A DNA stretch of 64,000 bases from Sphyrna mokarran (GCA_024679065.1 JAGIQG010000032.1:13888001-13952000); one strand, 5' to 3'. Positions 26,711 through 40,439 are shown, counted from the stretch's first letter. The notes: generated from the sequence alone by a model not told the origin. Translations and numbers: made by a program.

Positions 26711-27039
26711 TAGAATAGAATTATAGAATCTCTATAGTATAGAAGGAGGCTATTCGGCCCATCAAATCTGCACCGATCACATTCCCACCCAGGCCCCATC
26801 TCTGTAACCCCATATATTTACTCTGTTAATACCTGACATTAAGGGTCAATTTAGCATGGCCAATCAATCTAACCTACACATCTTTGGATTGTGGGAGGAA
26901 ACCAGAGCACCCAGAGGAAACCCACGCAGACATGGGGAGAACATGCTAACTCCACACACAAAGTCACTGGGACTGGAATTGAACCCAGATCCCTGTGCTG
27001 TGAGGCAGCAGTGCTAACCATTGTGCCAGTGTGCCACCC
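26711..27039 (-). mobile_element. HE1-like SINE, full length
   Basis: Reverse complement of the head (gcagtgctaaccattgtgcca), B-box (ggaattgaaccc) and tail (tagaatc...ggcccatc). Confidence 0.9.
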
Positions 27040-28550
27040 ATATTTACTTTATTTTAAGAAAGTACTGCATTAGTTGCACACTTTTTACATTTCCTGCTGG
27101 ATATTCATGACAAATGTATAATCTTTTCAAACACAGTTCAGGTCCACAGTATAAATTAAGCCTCTTCCTGAAAACATGAAAGTGTTATTTTAAAAGAGAA
27201 ACCAAGAGAAAAAAAATGAAGTGATTGGCAGAGTAAAAGGTGAAGTATGATTTTTTTCCAGGAAGCAAAAATATAGAACAGAATTTCAATTCAAATTCAA
27301 GTCTTGTCACATCAAACTAATCCAAGACTATGTTAATTCTATGTAAAATAGAAGAAATGAGGGAAGAGGATTCAAGTTTAAGATTTCCTTTGCAAATAAA
27401 TCTTCACTTCTTTAAAATTCCCTTTTTGAAATATAAGTCACTGTTTAGTATAAGTATGCAGATTTCAAGCACAACCTCCTTCGATCCTGCTCCATGGCAT
27501 TTAACATAATGCATTATAAGGGTCAATGGCTTACGGTGACTGAAATTGCTTGTGAAGTATGAAACTATGAGAAGTGCATGTTGTGCGCATTTATGTATGT
27601 ACATATAAAACATACTCGAAGAATCAAAAATTCAAATCAATGCGTAAAACATCTGAAAGGAGGAACAGTGGGTTTCAGTGGGTTCTGTGATTTCCCCCCC
27701 CCACCCCCCCACACTTGTACCATGAAAAAAACTTGACAAATGGAGGTTTACTGTTTGAAACTTTAGTAATTATTCAATTAGCTTGCGATTTAAACCGCTA
27801 GCCAGGAGTGAAGCATTGATAGCCACAAGTTTGGTTACTTGCAATGGTAATGTGCACAGCAATTTGAAATACCAGAAATTCATGAAAAGTCTTTGCAGAA
27901 CTTTTCCAAATAATAACAGTATGCTCCTAAGTAGTTGCCCTTTTTACTCACTGAATCGAATTGAAATAATATCATTTAATATTGTTGGATCATAATTTTT
28001 ATAATATATTTTTGATGCAATACATTTGTGGTTAGTGCAACAAGTACACAAAATTTTTAATATAACAATTGTTCTTTTAATAATTACTTTTTGATACAAG
28101 TAGCCAATGCAAACTATAATGATCTGAATCATTTGAGACTTACAAATAAATCAATGATTTGGATTCCAGTTGACCCTATATGTTAGGGCGCTGGATACTC
28201 TAAAGATCATTGTACATTAGACAAACCTATTTGCAGGATGACAGACTTGATAGTATCCACGTCAGGTGCAGTTTCTAATTGCTCCAATTCGGCTTGTGAA
28301 ACTGAAAAATCACCCTCAAGCAGTAATTTAATTCTGAAAGCACTATTGTTACAATGTATATTATTGACTGTGCAATACCGATATAAATTAAATTCTGCAG
28401 TGTACAAACATCTAGAAAGATAATGAACTTTTTTTGCTGCATATTTATTTGTTTGATGTGTGCAAATTAAGTATCTTTGTGCTTTAGCCAAAATTGTCTT
28501 AATTTGCACATCTCTTTTAACATTGCACCATACATTTTTACTGCTCAGTT

Positions 28551-30330
28551 TGTCATACGTTGATAACTTTACTATGTGCTTGATTCAGTTAGACTGTTGT
28601 GAACATCTGCAGTAGAGATCATAGCCAATCTGAACACCTAACATGGAGGCTATACCTTTTATCCTCCAGCCCTACACAAGCTAGCGTCATAATGGCGTCT
28701 CTATGAGCTTCTTAGAGGTACATGTCACTGTCTTCATCCAACGTCATATCAACCCCTTTCTTTTCTGACAAAAGAAAAACTTTGTGAGAACAGCGAATCT
28801 CAGGCATAAAGACTCGAGTCTTTATGTATGAAGATAATATGATGCCACTGTATCTTATTCTCATGTCATTTTCAGGGTAATGTGTGACATTCTGTGGTTG
28901 TACCTTCTCAGCGGGATCATCTTGTCTTAGAATATCGGTACATGTTACTCTCTGTGACTGACCTGTGTGTTTGTAGATCAGAACTCATGATGCGAAGATG
29001 CAAATATGCTAACGGTTCCTTCTGAAGATCTGTCCATTTAGCAATCAACTTCATATAACAGTGGCTGTGCGCACTTTTGCAGTACTTACTCTTGTACCCA
29101 CGTCTTCATGTGATGGTCTGGCACGTTTTAACCTCCTTTTATCAGTGTTATCGGTTTTGGACAGGAGTGATATGGACCTTCCTCGCAAACATCAACTTGG
29201 GAGGTAAGACTGTGGTGTGACACAAAGATTGAGCACAGCAATTTTGAAAACGTGTTTGGTTGCCCTAAATGTTGATGTGGCAGTGGTCTTGAAAACTTAA
29301 CGTTTACAGTGGCAAATGCTGCAACCCGTCTAACTCCACTGACATGATGAGGGAGGTTGACCTTACAGCTTGGTGCACTGGAGATGTCTTTCACTTCATT
29401 GATATGTTTACATTTTGTGGGATAAGTCTTGGGACTATTATTTGTGTTGATTTCTGTGGAACCCTTCTTTGTGGTGAGTTTTGTACTTTGGGTTATGTCT
29501 GGTTTGTTGAGACGGTGGCACATTCTTGCTTAATGCTGTTGGTTGAGCATGGCATGCTCATGTCAAATGTACTGGACACTGTCTGGTAAGTGTTTAGGAC
29601 CACACTGCACGCAGTGTTTGGATGTCTTTGATGTTCTGGTCACCTCGGCAGTGGTAGTTTTGTGACCAGCAACTATTGCCTCAAATTTTCTATCTTCATT
29701 TAGCAGCACATCTATTGAATAATTGTTGGCTTTGTATAGTAGTGCCTTTCTAAAAGACTTGATGAATGATGAAGCTCCATTAGCCTCTCCACACAGTCAT
29801 CTGATTGAAGTCATATTCACCTCCTTTGCACTAGCACCACTTCATAAGTTGATCATTTGGCTGTTGCTGGTAATGACATGAACTTTAGCCTGCGAATTCT
29901 AAAGTTGACTCGGACTTTTAGTTCATCCTTAATGAGCTTGAAGATTTTATTTGGGTCCGTTTGTTTTTCATCTGATAGATCTGAAGAGTTGACATGCCAT
30001 TGCCGAGAGAAATTAGCTCTCTTGTCCCTTGGTGTGCTGTGCCTGTTCATCTACAAAGTGTAAATGCCTTTTTGTCTAAAGAGTTCTGCAAGAAGGTCTC
30101 TTATAGGACCAAGACTTCCTCTGGTGCATTCCTATTCAGTGGTCACTGGAGGTCATAGTCAAATTTCTATTTGCCATTGCGATGTTCCTGGTTTTTGGCT
30201 ACACTGGGTGCTGCACAGGTGGAGCTGCTGAGTGCTGCATCTCTTTGGGTCGAGAGTTTGCACTTTGCTGCCTGTCTGCTTCCCTTGTGCTTTTGGAGAA
30301 TAAATGCGGCAACAAGCATCACTGTTGACT
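28551..30330 (-). mobile_element. Internally deleted Gypsy LTR retrotransposon: gag remnant, integrase C-terminus, polypurine tract (PPT) and ~200-bp 3' LTR
   Basis: ORF 29853-30050 (LKVRVNFRIRRL, gag-like); NGQIFRRNR*H at ~29005-29038; PPT agaaaagaaagggg (28753-28766, minus) next to a TG-starting LTR at 28751 that ends ...TGACA at 28551. Confidence 0.7.
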
Positions 30331-32939
30331 CATAAAAGTGCACTGCTAAGGGAGAAGCTCTCCTGTTTGCTACAGATTTTAAAAATAGCCCTTGAGATGT
30401 ATGGCCTTATTTGAGTATGGTTTGAAATAAGGAAAAATAACTTGAAGTTGCCATGCTGATTATTTCTGCTGCAGTGTCAAAACTTGCTATTTTATTCTGC
30501 GGGGTTGCCACCACATTGTCGGGACTGGAGAGTTGGTTTTGGTGCTGAAACTGAAGAAACAGACTAACCAACAATCATACTGAGCTCCGTCAAGAGCCAT
30601 TGGGACTTGTCTTTCCTAGGCCCCTTAGCTTGAAATATTATTTGTTTTTTTAAAGAAAAAACTCAATGCTCTAAGCTTCACTGTTAGGATGAGTGGTGTA
30701 TAAACAGCTGATCTCGATGTTCAGACAAAGCAAAGCCTTTTACCCAAATCACTGAGCTGGCAGTGAGGTCTTCAGTCACCTTTGAACTCAGGATGTCTTT
30801 GAGAACTAGTTGCAATGCCAAACTTTGAATTCCAAGTTCTTGTGGTTGAAGGACTGGGATTTTTGTTCTTTTTAAACTGTTCTTCCCTGCCTAAATCACT
30901 TCTCCAGTCTACCTCACTTTAATGGGGGGAAAAAACAAAGATTTGCTGAGCTAAAAACTGACCATCCACTGCATACCAACTCACCCAATCCGAATTACAA
31001 AACAAAAGGACACCTTCTCTTTTATCCTTTGTATATCCTTGCATATTCTGTGATAAACATTTTCAAACAATACAGATCTACAGTCTGATAATCAGCCACA
31101 CTGGCTGCAAAATAACTGATAATCTTGCTATTGCTGACAAACATTGAGTGAGGAACGGCAGTTTAAGTAACCATAAGGCATTTTGCTTACAATAGCCTAG
31201 AATGTCAGAAAGAAATTACACGGTACAAACCAGAACCTTGTAACAGAGAGAATTTTGCAATAATTTGACTAGCATTTTCTGGCAACATAAAAGCAAATTT
31301 TCACACTGTCCTTGAGAATATACTATCAACTGTATCAAAGCCTGATAAGCAGAAATGCATCTAGCCTAGTCTCTCTTTAAAAGAAAAGGATCAATTGCAA
31401 ATAAATGGAAGCTTCTTTCTGACACAATCTCAATGCTTCCTGTATCTGAGAACCTTCATTTTGCTCTATGCAGATAAACTATTTTATCCACAAAAATCTC
31501 ATTTTGGGTTTATCGAAATCCTAGTGATTTGCTGTTATTTCAAGGCCTTGTTCAGAGCCAGCTAAGAAAAAGGGTATCTTTGTTAGGCAAATGTTAGAAC
31601 TGTACACATCCTGGGGCATTATGAAACAAACAATTTCTCATAATAATTTAGAATGTAGATAAAGGAAACAAAAACATTATCCTAGTTATTAATTGTAATA
31701 TTAGCCTGGCACCTAGACTTGCAAATCATGTTGACATGATAATACTAACCCTCAAATTTTCAAATGTTATTAGCATTTCACAATGCATGATTAATAATAA
31801 AATTAATATCATACTTCCGCAATTCATCCTAAGGTCGTCAAATAATTAAAGTGACTTTAATACTAGGAATGCATTAGTTCTAATTATTATTCTTCTGTCA
31901 TTCAGTTCCCTTCCTTTGTCAGAAGCTGTGATGTATATAGCCAAGGCTGGAAGGCGTGAGATTGCCTGAGGCACTGTGCTGGAAAAACCATCAGCTTGAG
32001 GATAAAGGTTTTGGAAATCTAAGCTGAAAGAACCAAATGATTTTTGAAGCACAGCCGTGGAGTAGCACAAGGTCAGCATGAATTTGTGGCAAGTAACCGC
32101 ATAACCAGGCTACCGCGCTACAAAAATGGCCAAATTATGGGCCTAATCAAACGATACAGAACTGAGGTTTGGCTCCTGAAAGTTGTACTCCCCACCATGA
32201 GGCTGCAATAGTTGTGAATAAATCAGATCTGCTGATCCAGAGGCCTGAGCACACCTGCTCTTATACCAGAGGTCTACAGCCAGAAGCTGCAGTATTATTT
32301 ACATTTTTCATTCACGTAACTGAGATCATTGAAAGACAGGGCAACTTAAAGATAGATTCATTGAAGGAGAGGGCAACTAAAACTCTTACAGATAGATTTT
32401 ATGAATCAAAGTCAACATATCCAGTCTGGCACCCAATTACACAAAGCTTCAGTTTGATTTTGAAGTATTGCCTCTTTTTCTGCCTTGTTCCAAATTGTAA
32501 TCAAAAGCTCTCACTGCTCTTATTTCTGGAAATAAAGCTGGACTATTAACCTCCCAGAAATTAATTTAACAAAAAGAAATCAGATTCTTATCTGGGCTAT
32601 TTACCCTCATGTTGTTGTTGATGACACTCTTCTGACTCTTCCAGAATATTCTTATGTGACTCAACAAAATACACTGTTCATTTGTGTTCTTCAAATAATT
32701 TGCCCAAGATTTGTTAGTGATTCCAGGAGGGATATAATAGTAACTTGACATTCCTCTTAACTGGAGCACAACTGTTGATTTGAGGGCAAGCTTCAGCCTC
32801 TCATTTGCACCTTGTGCCAAATCATCGTCATAATTTTGGAAGTATGGCTGGACAGCCGTGCTCCTGTGGAGTAACAGACTGGCACACTGATACACTATGA
32901 GAGATTTATCTGCTCTAAACTCAAGTTAAAAATAGTTGT

Positions 32940-33420
32940 CACTATCTAAAGAAAACCTATCCAAATTGAGGAGATGGCCTAAGTGATCGACAAGAGGAAT
33001 GAAGGAAGGTTGGGCAGTCAGTGATCTCAGAGTAGAGGACAAAGCAAGTTGAGATGGAAGTTGGAATCATTGTGGATGAGAAGTTGCTGAATAGAAAAGC
33101 AAGAGGATTGCACCAAAGTAAGATAGTCACAGGGGGAAGTAGTTGCACAGATCAAAATCATGTCTGTCAACTTGAATCAAAATGTTAAGGTTTGGACATG
33201 GATGTAGAAGTTGAGTAAGACCAGGAACTGAGACACAAAATAATCAGTGAGAGCACTGCTAAGAGTAGTTCCATTTAAAACTGAGAGTCCAGGACATAAG
33301 CTGAATTGACCATGAACTAGCAGAAGTGAGTGGTGGCCTCAGCTATTAGTGATGCACAGGGTAGATCCAGTAGATCACTGGAAGGATAAGTGGAGCAACA
33401 GAAGGAACACAGCAAAGGTC
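32940..33420 (-). mobile_element. L2-like LINE fragment (endonuclease region); a similar fragment lies at ~41300-42130
   Basis: gtcagtgatctcag (SEITD..) and gatgtagaagttgag (NFYI, cf. DFNIH) in purine-rich antisense context. Confidence 0.4.
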
Positions 33421-34129
33421 AGTTATAACAGTATGTTCAAAACAAACACTGAAAGCTAATGAAAATGAATAAGAGCTACTGAGTGAGCTGACAAAGGCTC
33501 ACTGAACTGAAATGTTAACTATTTCTCTCCATTGATGCCATTAGAGCTGCTGAGTATTTCCAGCATTTTCTGCTTTTAACAAAATCCAAATGCTTCCATG
33601 GCAATCAAGTCATCAGCGTATGCAATATCAAGAGAAACAGTCTGCATCTGACAAAATAGCAGGAGTGCAGAGTTGGTGGGTGGAATTATTACTAGCTGAG
33701 ATGCAGGCAGCAGTGGGGGTGGGAGGGTCATCCAGTGGTATACAGAAAATCCAGAAGGTCTGGGTTTCACTATGTGCTATGGAGTTTCAACTCCATGTGT
33801 GACCTTTGAGCTTAACAGCCCTAAATATCAGCCTGATAGATTGCCTGGACTTTCACTCAAGAAAAGCACTCAAGGAGACTGCAAGACTAATCCTGATCTT
33901 GGGCTTCTTGAGAGCCAATGTAAAACACACAGAGCAAATTAAATCTGAGGCTCTTAGCCATAATATCATATTTAAACTGTCAATCCAATCTCAAGAGTGG
34001 ACTGGCTGCACCCATCTGCCCTCGTGTAAACTCAGTAAAACCCAGAAGTCAGGGTCAGGAGGTTCAGGGTCAACTTTTCCTCACTGTCAGAATTTTTGCC
34101 CATTTAACCCTTCAGTCACATCAAAGTCC

Positions 34130-35260
34130 AAAGGACCACAGCAAAATTACAGCAGGGAAGGAGGCCAATCAGCCAATTTTGTCCATACTAGCCCAGTGAC
34201 ACCCAGGTGCCCTTTCTAATCTCACCTTCTTGCACCCAGCCCATAACCCTGTACCTTATAGCAAATTAAGGTACAAATCAAGGTATTTTTTTTTCCAAAA
34301 GAGGTCTCTACCTCCACCAGCATCTTGGGCAGTGAATTCCAGACACCTACCATTCTTTGCATAAAAATATTCTTCCTCATTATCCTCTACATCTACTATA
34401 ACTTATCTTGAATCTATGTCTCCTGGTTCTCAAGAATATCCACTACTGGATACAATTTTTTCCTGTCCACTCTGTCTCTTTCCCTGATAATTTTGTACAC
34501 CTATATCAAGTCACCCCTCAACCTTCTTTGTTCCAAGGAAAATAACCCCAACCTGTCCAATCTCTCCTCATAGCTACACTTTCCTAGCCCTGGCAACATT
34601 CATATAAACCTCCTCTGCACTTTCATTAGAGCAATTATGTCCCTTCTGTAATATGGCGACCAGAACTGTACACAATACTCCACTTGTGGTCACACCAGCA
34701 TTTTATACAATTCTATTATGGGCAGAATTTTCCCATCCCACCTGCCATCGGATTCGTACAGGGCGGTACATAGACCATGCAAAGTTCTATTGACCTCAGG
34801 CAGGATTTTCTGGACTTGGGTTGAGCGCAGCTGGAAAATCCCATCCTAAATCCATACTTTTATATTCTATACCTCTGTCAATGAAGGAAAGCATTCCATA
34901 TGCCTACTTTACAAACTTATCTACTTGAACTGCTGCCTTTACAGACATGTGTACTTGTACGCCAAGATCTCTCACTTCATCTACCCTTCTTGATTTATTC
35001 CCATTTATTGTGTATTCTCTACAACTACTTGACCGCTCTAAATGTATTATTTCACACTTCCCTATGTTAAAATCCATTTGCCATTTTATTACTCACTCCA
35101 CAAACCCATCAATATCGTTTTGTAGATTATAGCTTTCCTCTACACTATCCACCACTCGGCTAATCTTTGTCACCTGCAAATATTCCAATTGTGATCCCCA
35201 CATTCGCTTCCAAATCGTTAGTATATAACACAAACACCAAAGGTCCCACTCCTCAATAAT
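34130..35260 (-). mobile_element. CR1-clade LINE 3' fragment
   Basis: ORF 35093-35287 (KISRVVDSVEESYNLQNDID); ccagaactgtacacaatactcc = EYCVQFW. Confidence 0.85.
34720..34846. mobile_element. MITE, probably PIF/Harbinger-type, inserted in the CR1; second copy at ~50276-50392
   Basis: Terminal inverted repeats (TIRs) gggcagaattttcc / ggaaaatcccatcc, flanked by tat/taa. The internal gaccatgcaaagttctattgacctc recurs at 50330-50354. Confidence 0.65.
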
Positions 35261-36444
35261 GTTACAACTCTCCCAGTGAATCAGCAACTCTACAGCCCTC
35301 CTATTTGAAATGGCTCTGAAATCACAGTTTAAGAACTTGTTGACTAAACTGAAGCTACAAAATAAAAACTAAGTTACAGGAGAGAGAAGGTGCAGCCATG
35401 ATAGTTTTACAAACGGTTCCAAGTGTGACAAGTTGTAAAGGAGAACAACTGGTCAAGGCTTTCATTCCATTCTACAGTGGATATCAAGCAACAGCATGAT
35501 CGTGGTCAGATTCACACACAAATATGCATACTGACATTTTGACTACAATGGAATATTTTGTCCAAATTCTAAATTCAGGCTCCAATATATATGAAAAAAA
35601 GAACCTACAGAATAGGCAAAACCACCACCTTCAAGACAGGAAAGGTGAGATAACATTTGTGCTATCATTCTAAAGTCAAATTCCACCTATTCTCCCCTTG
35701 CAATAACTGACCAGTAAAAAGTTCCCAGGTAGGAAATCCATGCTCCCCGACCCCAGGATCCAAGATTATATTTCCACACAACTAAATTCCTTGTGCTTCA
35801 AAGTCGCTATTCAATAAAATTGTTATGAAATGATGTGTCACAAGCCATTGAATATGGCGGATATAAGAAATAATTTTTGTCAAAATGGTTTAGTCTTCTA
35901 CTTCAGTTGCAGAATATTCTAGCTATTTATATTCCAGGCTTTATTCAATGTGACCTGCTAAATGACTCATACACATAATTGGTTATATGATAGAACATCC
36001 TTCCCCACCCCCCATAACACTTAAATGACTCACAAAATTAATTGTTTGTAGGATGGAACGCATTTTCCCTTGTGGATTGTAAAGTAACCCTTGTCGGTGT
36101 GATTATTTATGACTGCAAGTGATACTCAGTTGATTGCAGTTGTGACTAAATGCTGGAAGGTTTCTTCTGTAGATTACATACAACCTGCTGTAATCAGCCC
36201 AGTATCCGCATCCCAGGAGGGAAATAGAGGAGCTGACAGTCGCATTGAGGCTGTAATTAACGTCACTGAACCATTGAAAACTCCACCATTAAGGCAGGCA
36301 GTTGGCAAAGCCCTAAAGTTCCAGAGTAGATTTAGATTTTTTTTGTTTATCCCTTAAATTAACCCCGCAATGGTACAATATAAATATCTTAAATGTTTAA
36401 TAGTTAGTTGTTTAGTAATACAGCACTGGAGTATTTCTGAAAGA

Positions 36445-37330
36445 GAGATAAAGCTTTTCATCTTGCACTCATTAGGACAGTTCACAAGAACATCAATAGT
36501 GGAGGAAACAACATTTTACCCTGTGTGAAGAGAGGATGCTGATTGATTGGTAGAGGCATTGTTAGGCAGGATGTACCAGAAACATTTAAACTGCCAAGCT
36601 TCTATTCAAATTCAAGGCAGGTAATTGGTCAAGGCATTGCCATGGGTAATGAACTAGGGAACAGTTGTATCCCAAGCTTGTGTTTATTTGCCCGTCAAAC
36701 TAACACATTTATATAATGTATTATATAAATTTCAGTGCCGGTATGTATCAGTATGTAGGCCATACTAATCCATCCATCCACCAGTTGTTGGAGTGTATGT
36801 CCCTCTGATTGCCCTCAGACGAAGGACTGACTGTACCCAAACGGCCAGTGTCTGCAAACCTCAAAACAATGTCTAAATTTAGATGTGTTCCCAAGATTGG
36901 ACAAGTCTTGCTAACCAATTCTGACTGTGCTGATAATACACAGAATTATTATTAACAACACAGTAAAATAGTTATCAGTCAGACTCAGTGTGGCTCACTT
37001 ACACGTGCTAGAAGCTACATATATTCACATATAGGACTTTTTTTTTTGCGGACAGAAGGGTTATGGCCATGCATGCCACCTTTTCAAAAGAGCAAAAGTT
37101 TGATTATCAACAATTCCCTGGTCTACTCCCCATGGCAGTGCCTTAAACCAGGGTCCACTTGCCTGATTTGGATTTAGAGAAAAGCTTGGCAGTTAATAGT
37201 TCCCTGGTGCATTCTCCATGTGATGCCTCTACCAGAGACCATTTGCCAACCAATGGGCACTCTCTTCTCAGGCAGCGTAAATGGTTTTTCTCGCAAGGGG
37301 TCCTAATGAGTGCTTAGACAGGAAGTATTT
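36445..37330. mobile_element. Penelope-like pLTR inverted pair (family 3), ~245-bp arms, with a minimal hammerhead remnant at each outer end
   Basis: 36445-36690 is a diverged reverse complement of 37085-37330 (e.g. aactgccaagctt / aagcttggcagtt; aaggcattgccatggg / cccatggcagtgcctt). The motif GTC-CTAATGA-GT-GC occurs in both arms. Confidence 0.75.
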
Positions 37331-38050
37331 TCTTCAGCAATCCTAAATGTTCAATATTCAAGGGATGCTGTGTTAAACTGACAGGCTATTATTTGACACC
37401 TAATGTAAGCCTTTTCTTTGTTGAATATTATAATCTTTTCCAGTGAATAATAAAATGGAATTCCTTCATAACCTCATTTATAAAATTAATTATTTTCATT
37501 TTGAGGGAATAAACCTTCGTCAGAGCATATTTTCAGACAGACGTAACATTAAAGAGATACTGTATTCATGAAGAATTGCGTGTTGAGTAGATCAGAGGTT
37601 AATAATTTTAGATCTTGGTCCATCTGGGTACAATGAACACTGCAAACTGGACACTTTTGATGGAGGACTTATCTTAAAAGAATCTATTTATCATTTGAAG
37701 ACGCAGGAAAATCCATGTAACAGCCCATTTCGACATGATATACTGCTTGAAAATACAGAGCTCCACTGTCCATTCTGGTTCAACCAAAAGCTAAAAAGGT
37801 GAGTTAGACACGTGTGTGGTAGAGTGAACCTTTTTAACCAGTACATTATTTTCTGATGCTTTTTCCAACCTTTTGTTTGTCCTTGGCTTTTGTAACAAGG
37901 ATTTTTATTTTTCATTCATTTTTATTTTGAAATATGTAGTTCGCCTTTCCTTGAGCATGAGCTGATTTCCTATCATATCTTCTCTATTGTAGATGTAACA
38001 CTTTGATTCTACACTCATTCTGGCATCTTAATACTTGATTATCTAATTAT

Positions 38051-38368
38051 GGGAGACGGCACAGTGGCATAGTGGTTAGCGCTGCTGTCTCACAGCACCA
38101 CAGACCTGGATTCAACACCTGGCTTGGGTTAGTGTGTGTGGAGTTTTGCATGTTCTCCCCATGTCTGCATAGTTTTTCTCCGGATGCTCCAGTTTCCTCC
38201 AACAGTCTGAAAGATATGCGGGTTACGTGCATTAGCCATGCTAAATTTACCCTCGCTGTCTAGGGGACTAACTAGGGTAAATACATGGAGTGATAGGAAT
38301 GGGGCCTGGATTGGAGTTGGTGCAGACTTGATGGGCTGAATGGCCTGCTTTTGTATTGTGGAATTCTA
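38051..38368 (+). mobile_element. HE1-like SINE, full length
   Basis: A-box tggcatagtgg, B-box ggattcaacacc, shared body and tail. Confidence 0.9.
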
Positions 38369-38706
38369 AATTGCCCTGTTTTACATGCTTGTATTTGATA
38401 TTAACAGAGAATGGGGGATGGCCTTGAGAGTACAGGTCTTGGCTAAGGGCCTCAAAGCAACTTTAGTAACCCAATTTCTGCTTTAATGATGAAATCAGTC
38501 TACTGCCAGGCCCAGATGAGGACAGGTCATGATCTGGAACTCTGTTTATCTCTTTATAGATGTTGCCTCACCAACTCTGTATTTCCAACATTTTCTATTT
38601 TTATTTCAGAATTGTCTTTATAGGGCACACGGAATGAATCTTCTTCCAGATCCTTCCGAGTAACTTTGGCCACGGGCAGCCCAAACTTAGCTTGCTGCAA
38701 ACTCAA

Positions 38707-39701
38707 TATTACAATCTCCGTTTTGATTTAGAACATTGAAAATGAAATTCGAATTCCCAATGAACAATTTAAAAGGATTATACAACAAGAATTCAAGCAT
38801 TATAACTTTTACTGCAGCAAACTAAACACAATGTGGACTAAACCCTTTAACGTACAGAACAGATTTTTCCCTTTTAATATTTAAAGCAACCAAAAATCTC
38901 CCTCTCCATGGCTGTACTTTACTTTATCCCTTAACTAGTCATTCAATTTTCCCAGAACCCATCCAAAGTCATTCTTCGCTCCCACGGACTCACTTCAGTT
39001 CTTTTTATTTGCAAGCCTGTTTAATTTTAACCCCATAAGTGTCTTTGGTAAGGACTGTCCTGGAGATTCTCCCTCTAGTTCAAGCAAGGCAAATTGTCCA
39101 GCCTTGTTTTAAATCCTTATGAATTTGGTTTTTCAATTCAAGCACGAGTTCACATTAGCATTTCTGCATAGCAAACCAAACAATCTTGCCACCTTTTGAT
39201 CCTCCATCAGATTCTAGCAGACTGACTTTGTCCATGAGATTTAATTATATTTTAAAGAGACAAAAAAAAGTAAGCTCATATTACAAGGTTTCTTATACAC
39301 TACTCCTTTCAAAAGAATATCCCCATGGCAATTTGAATCATATGGGCCATGTATTGTGACAAAAGTGCTAATTAACTATCCTTTAGACACCTAACTTAAT
39401 TCCATCTTTAAATTAAAGACAGTTAATATGTAACTATTTACAAAATCTGACATTCTTAAAATATTCCTAAGACTTTGAAAACTGTCAGTCTATCTATAGT
39501 CAGCACAGAATCTTCTGTCATTATGCACAAATCTGAATGTCCTTCCACTCCAACTCTGATTTTCCCCTTAATCTTTAACAATTGACCCATCCAGATTTTC
39601 TGTCAACAGAATGCCGAACAGGTCACATGACCCCCTTCACTCCTCCATGTTATACTAAATTAGAAACAGTCTGAAAACCTATAAATCTCACATTTGTAAC
39701 A
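38707..39701 (-). mobile_element. Probable solo LTR (~1 kb)
   Basis: Minus strand starts TGTTACA and ends TGTAATA (inverted termini); flanks tcaa/taaa. Confidence 0.45.
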
Positions 39702-40439
39702 TAAACTACAGTTCATTGAACCACAGCTGGACGCTCAATTAGCATTCCGCAGTTCAGCAGCTATCGGAAATGATGCCACGGCCTTCGAGTAGTGACCATC
39801 TCTTCATACCAAAAGCAAGCAGCTAACCCATCAGCGACATCAGTCTGTCATCCAAAAAATCAAAACCAAACCCATGATCTATTAAATTTGCATCTGTTTC
39901 ACCAACAGATGCCTATATGATCCTGCCAGACTTGGCCCACTGCCAAAATTCAACATTCATCCCAGTGTGTGCTCCATAAAGGGCACTGTCAAACAGAAAC
40001 ATAGAAAGTAGGTGCAGGAGTAGGCCATTTGCCCTTGCACCACCATCCAATATGATCATAGTTGTACAATCAAATGCTCAACAGGTTCTCAGTTTCCAGC
40101 TTTTCTTTATCAGTCATTTGTGGAGACACTAAAAGGTATTGTACATTCTCTATTTCTAGTGTCTTTACATTGACACCAAGATGAAGATTTATATCCTTTA
40201 ACAGAATCCTACTTTTCTAACGAATAGTTTGTGGATTGGTCACTCCATTTACCTCCTCTCATTTCTGCATCTCTCTTCACTTTTCTTTCCTCATCCAAGA
40301 TATAAGGGTTTGCTTAACTTTTCTGATTGCGGTTTGCCTCATGGCCTGCAATGATGGCCAACTGTGAATTTCCATTTTTAGTGGCGAGAACTTTATCTTT
40401 CTACGTTATTGCACTGAGATTATAATGATCAGATTACAG

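Noticed and set aside
37499-37523. Minus-strand CTGACGA-AGG...CCT-CAAAA as a fourth hammerhead remnant
   Set aside because: No GAAA in register and no stem I/III support; could be chance
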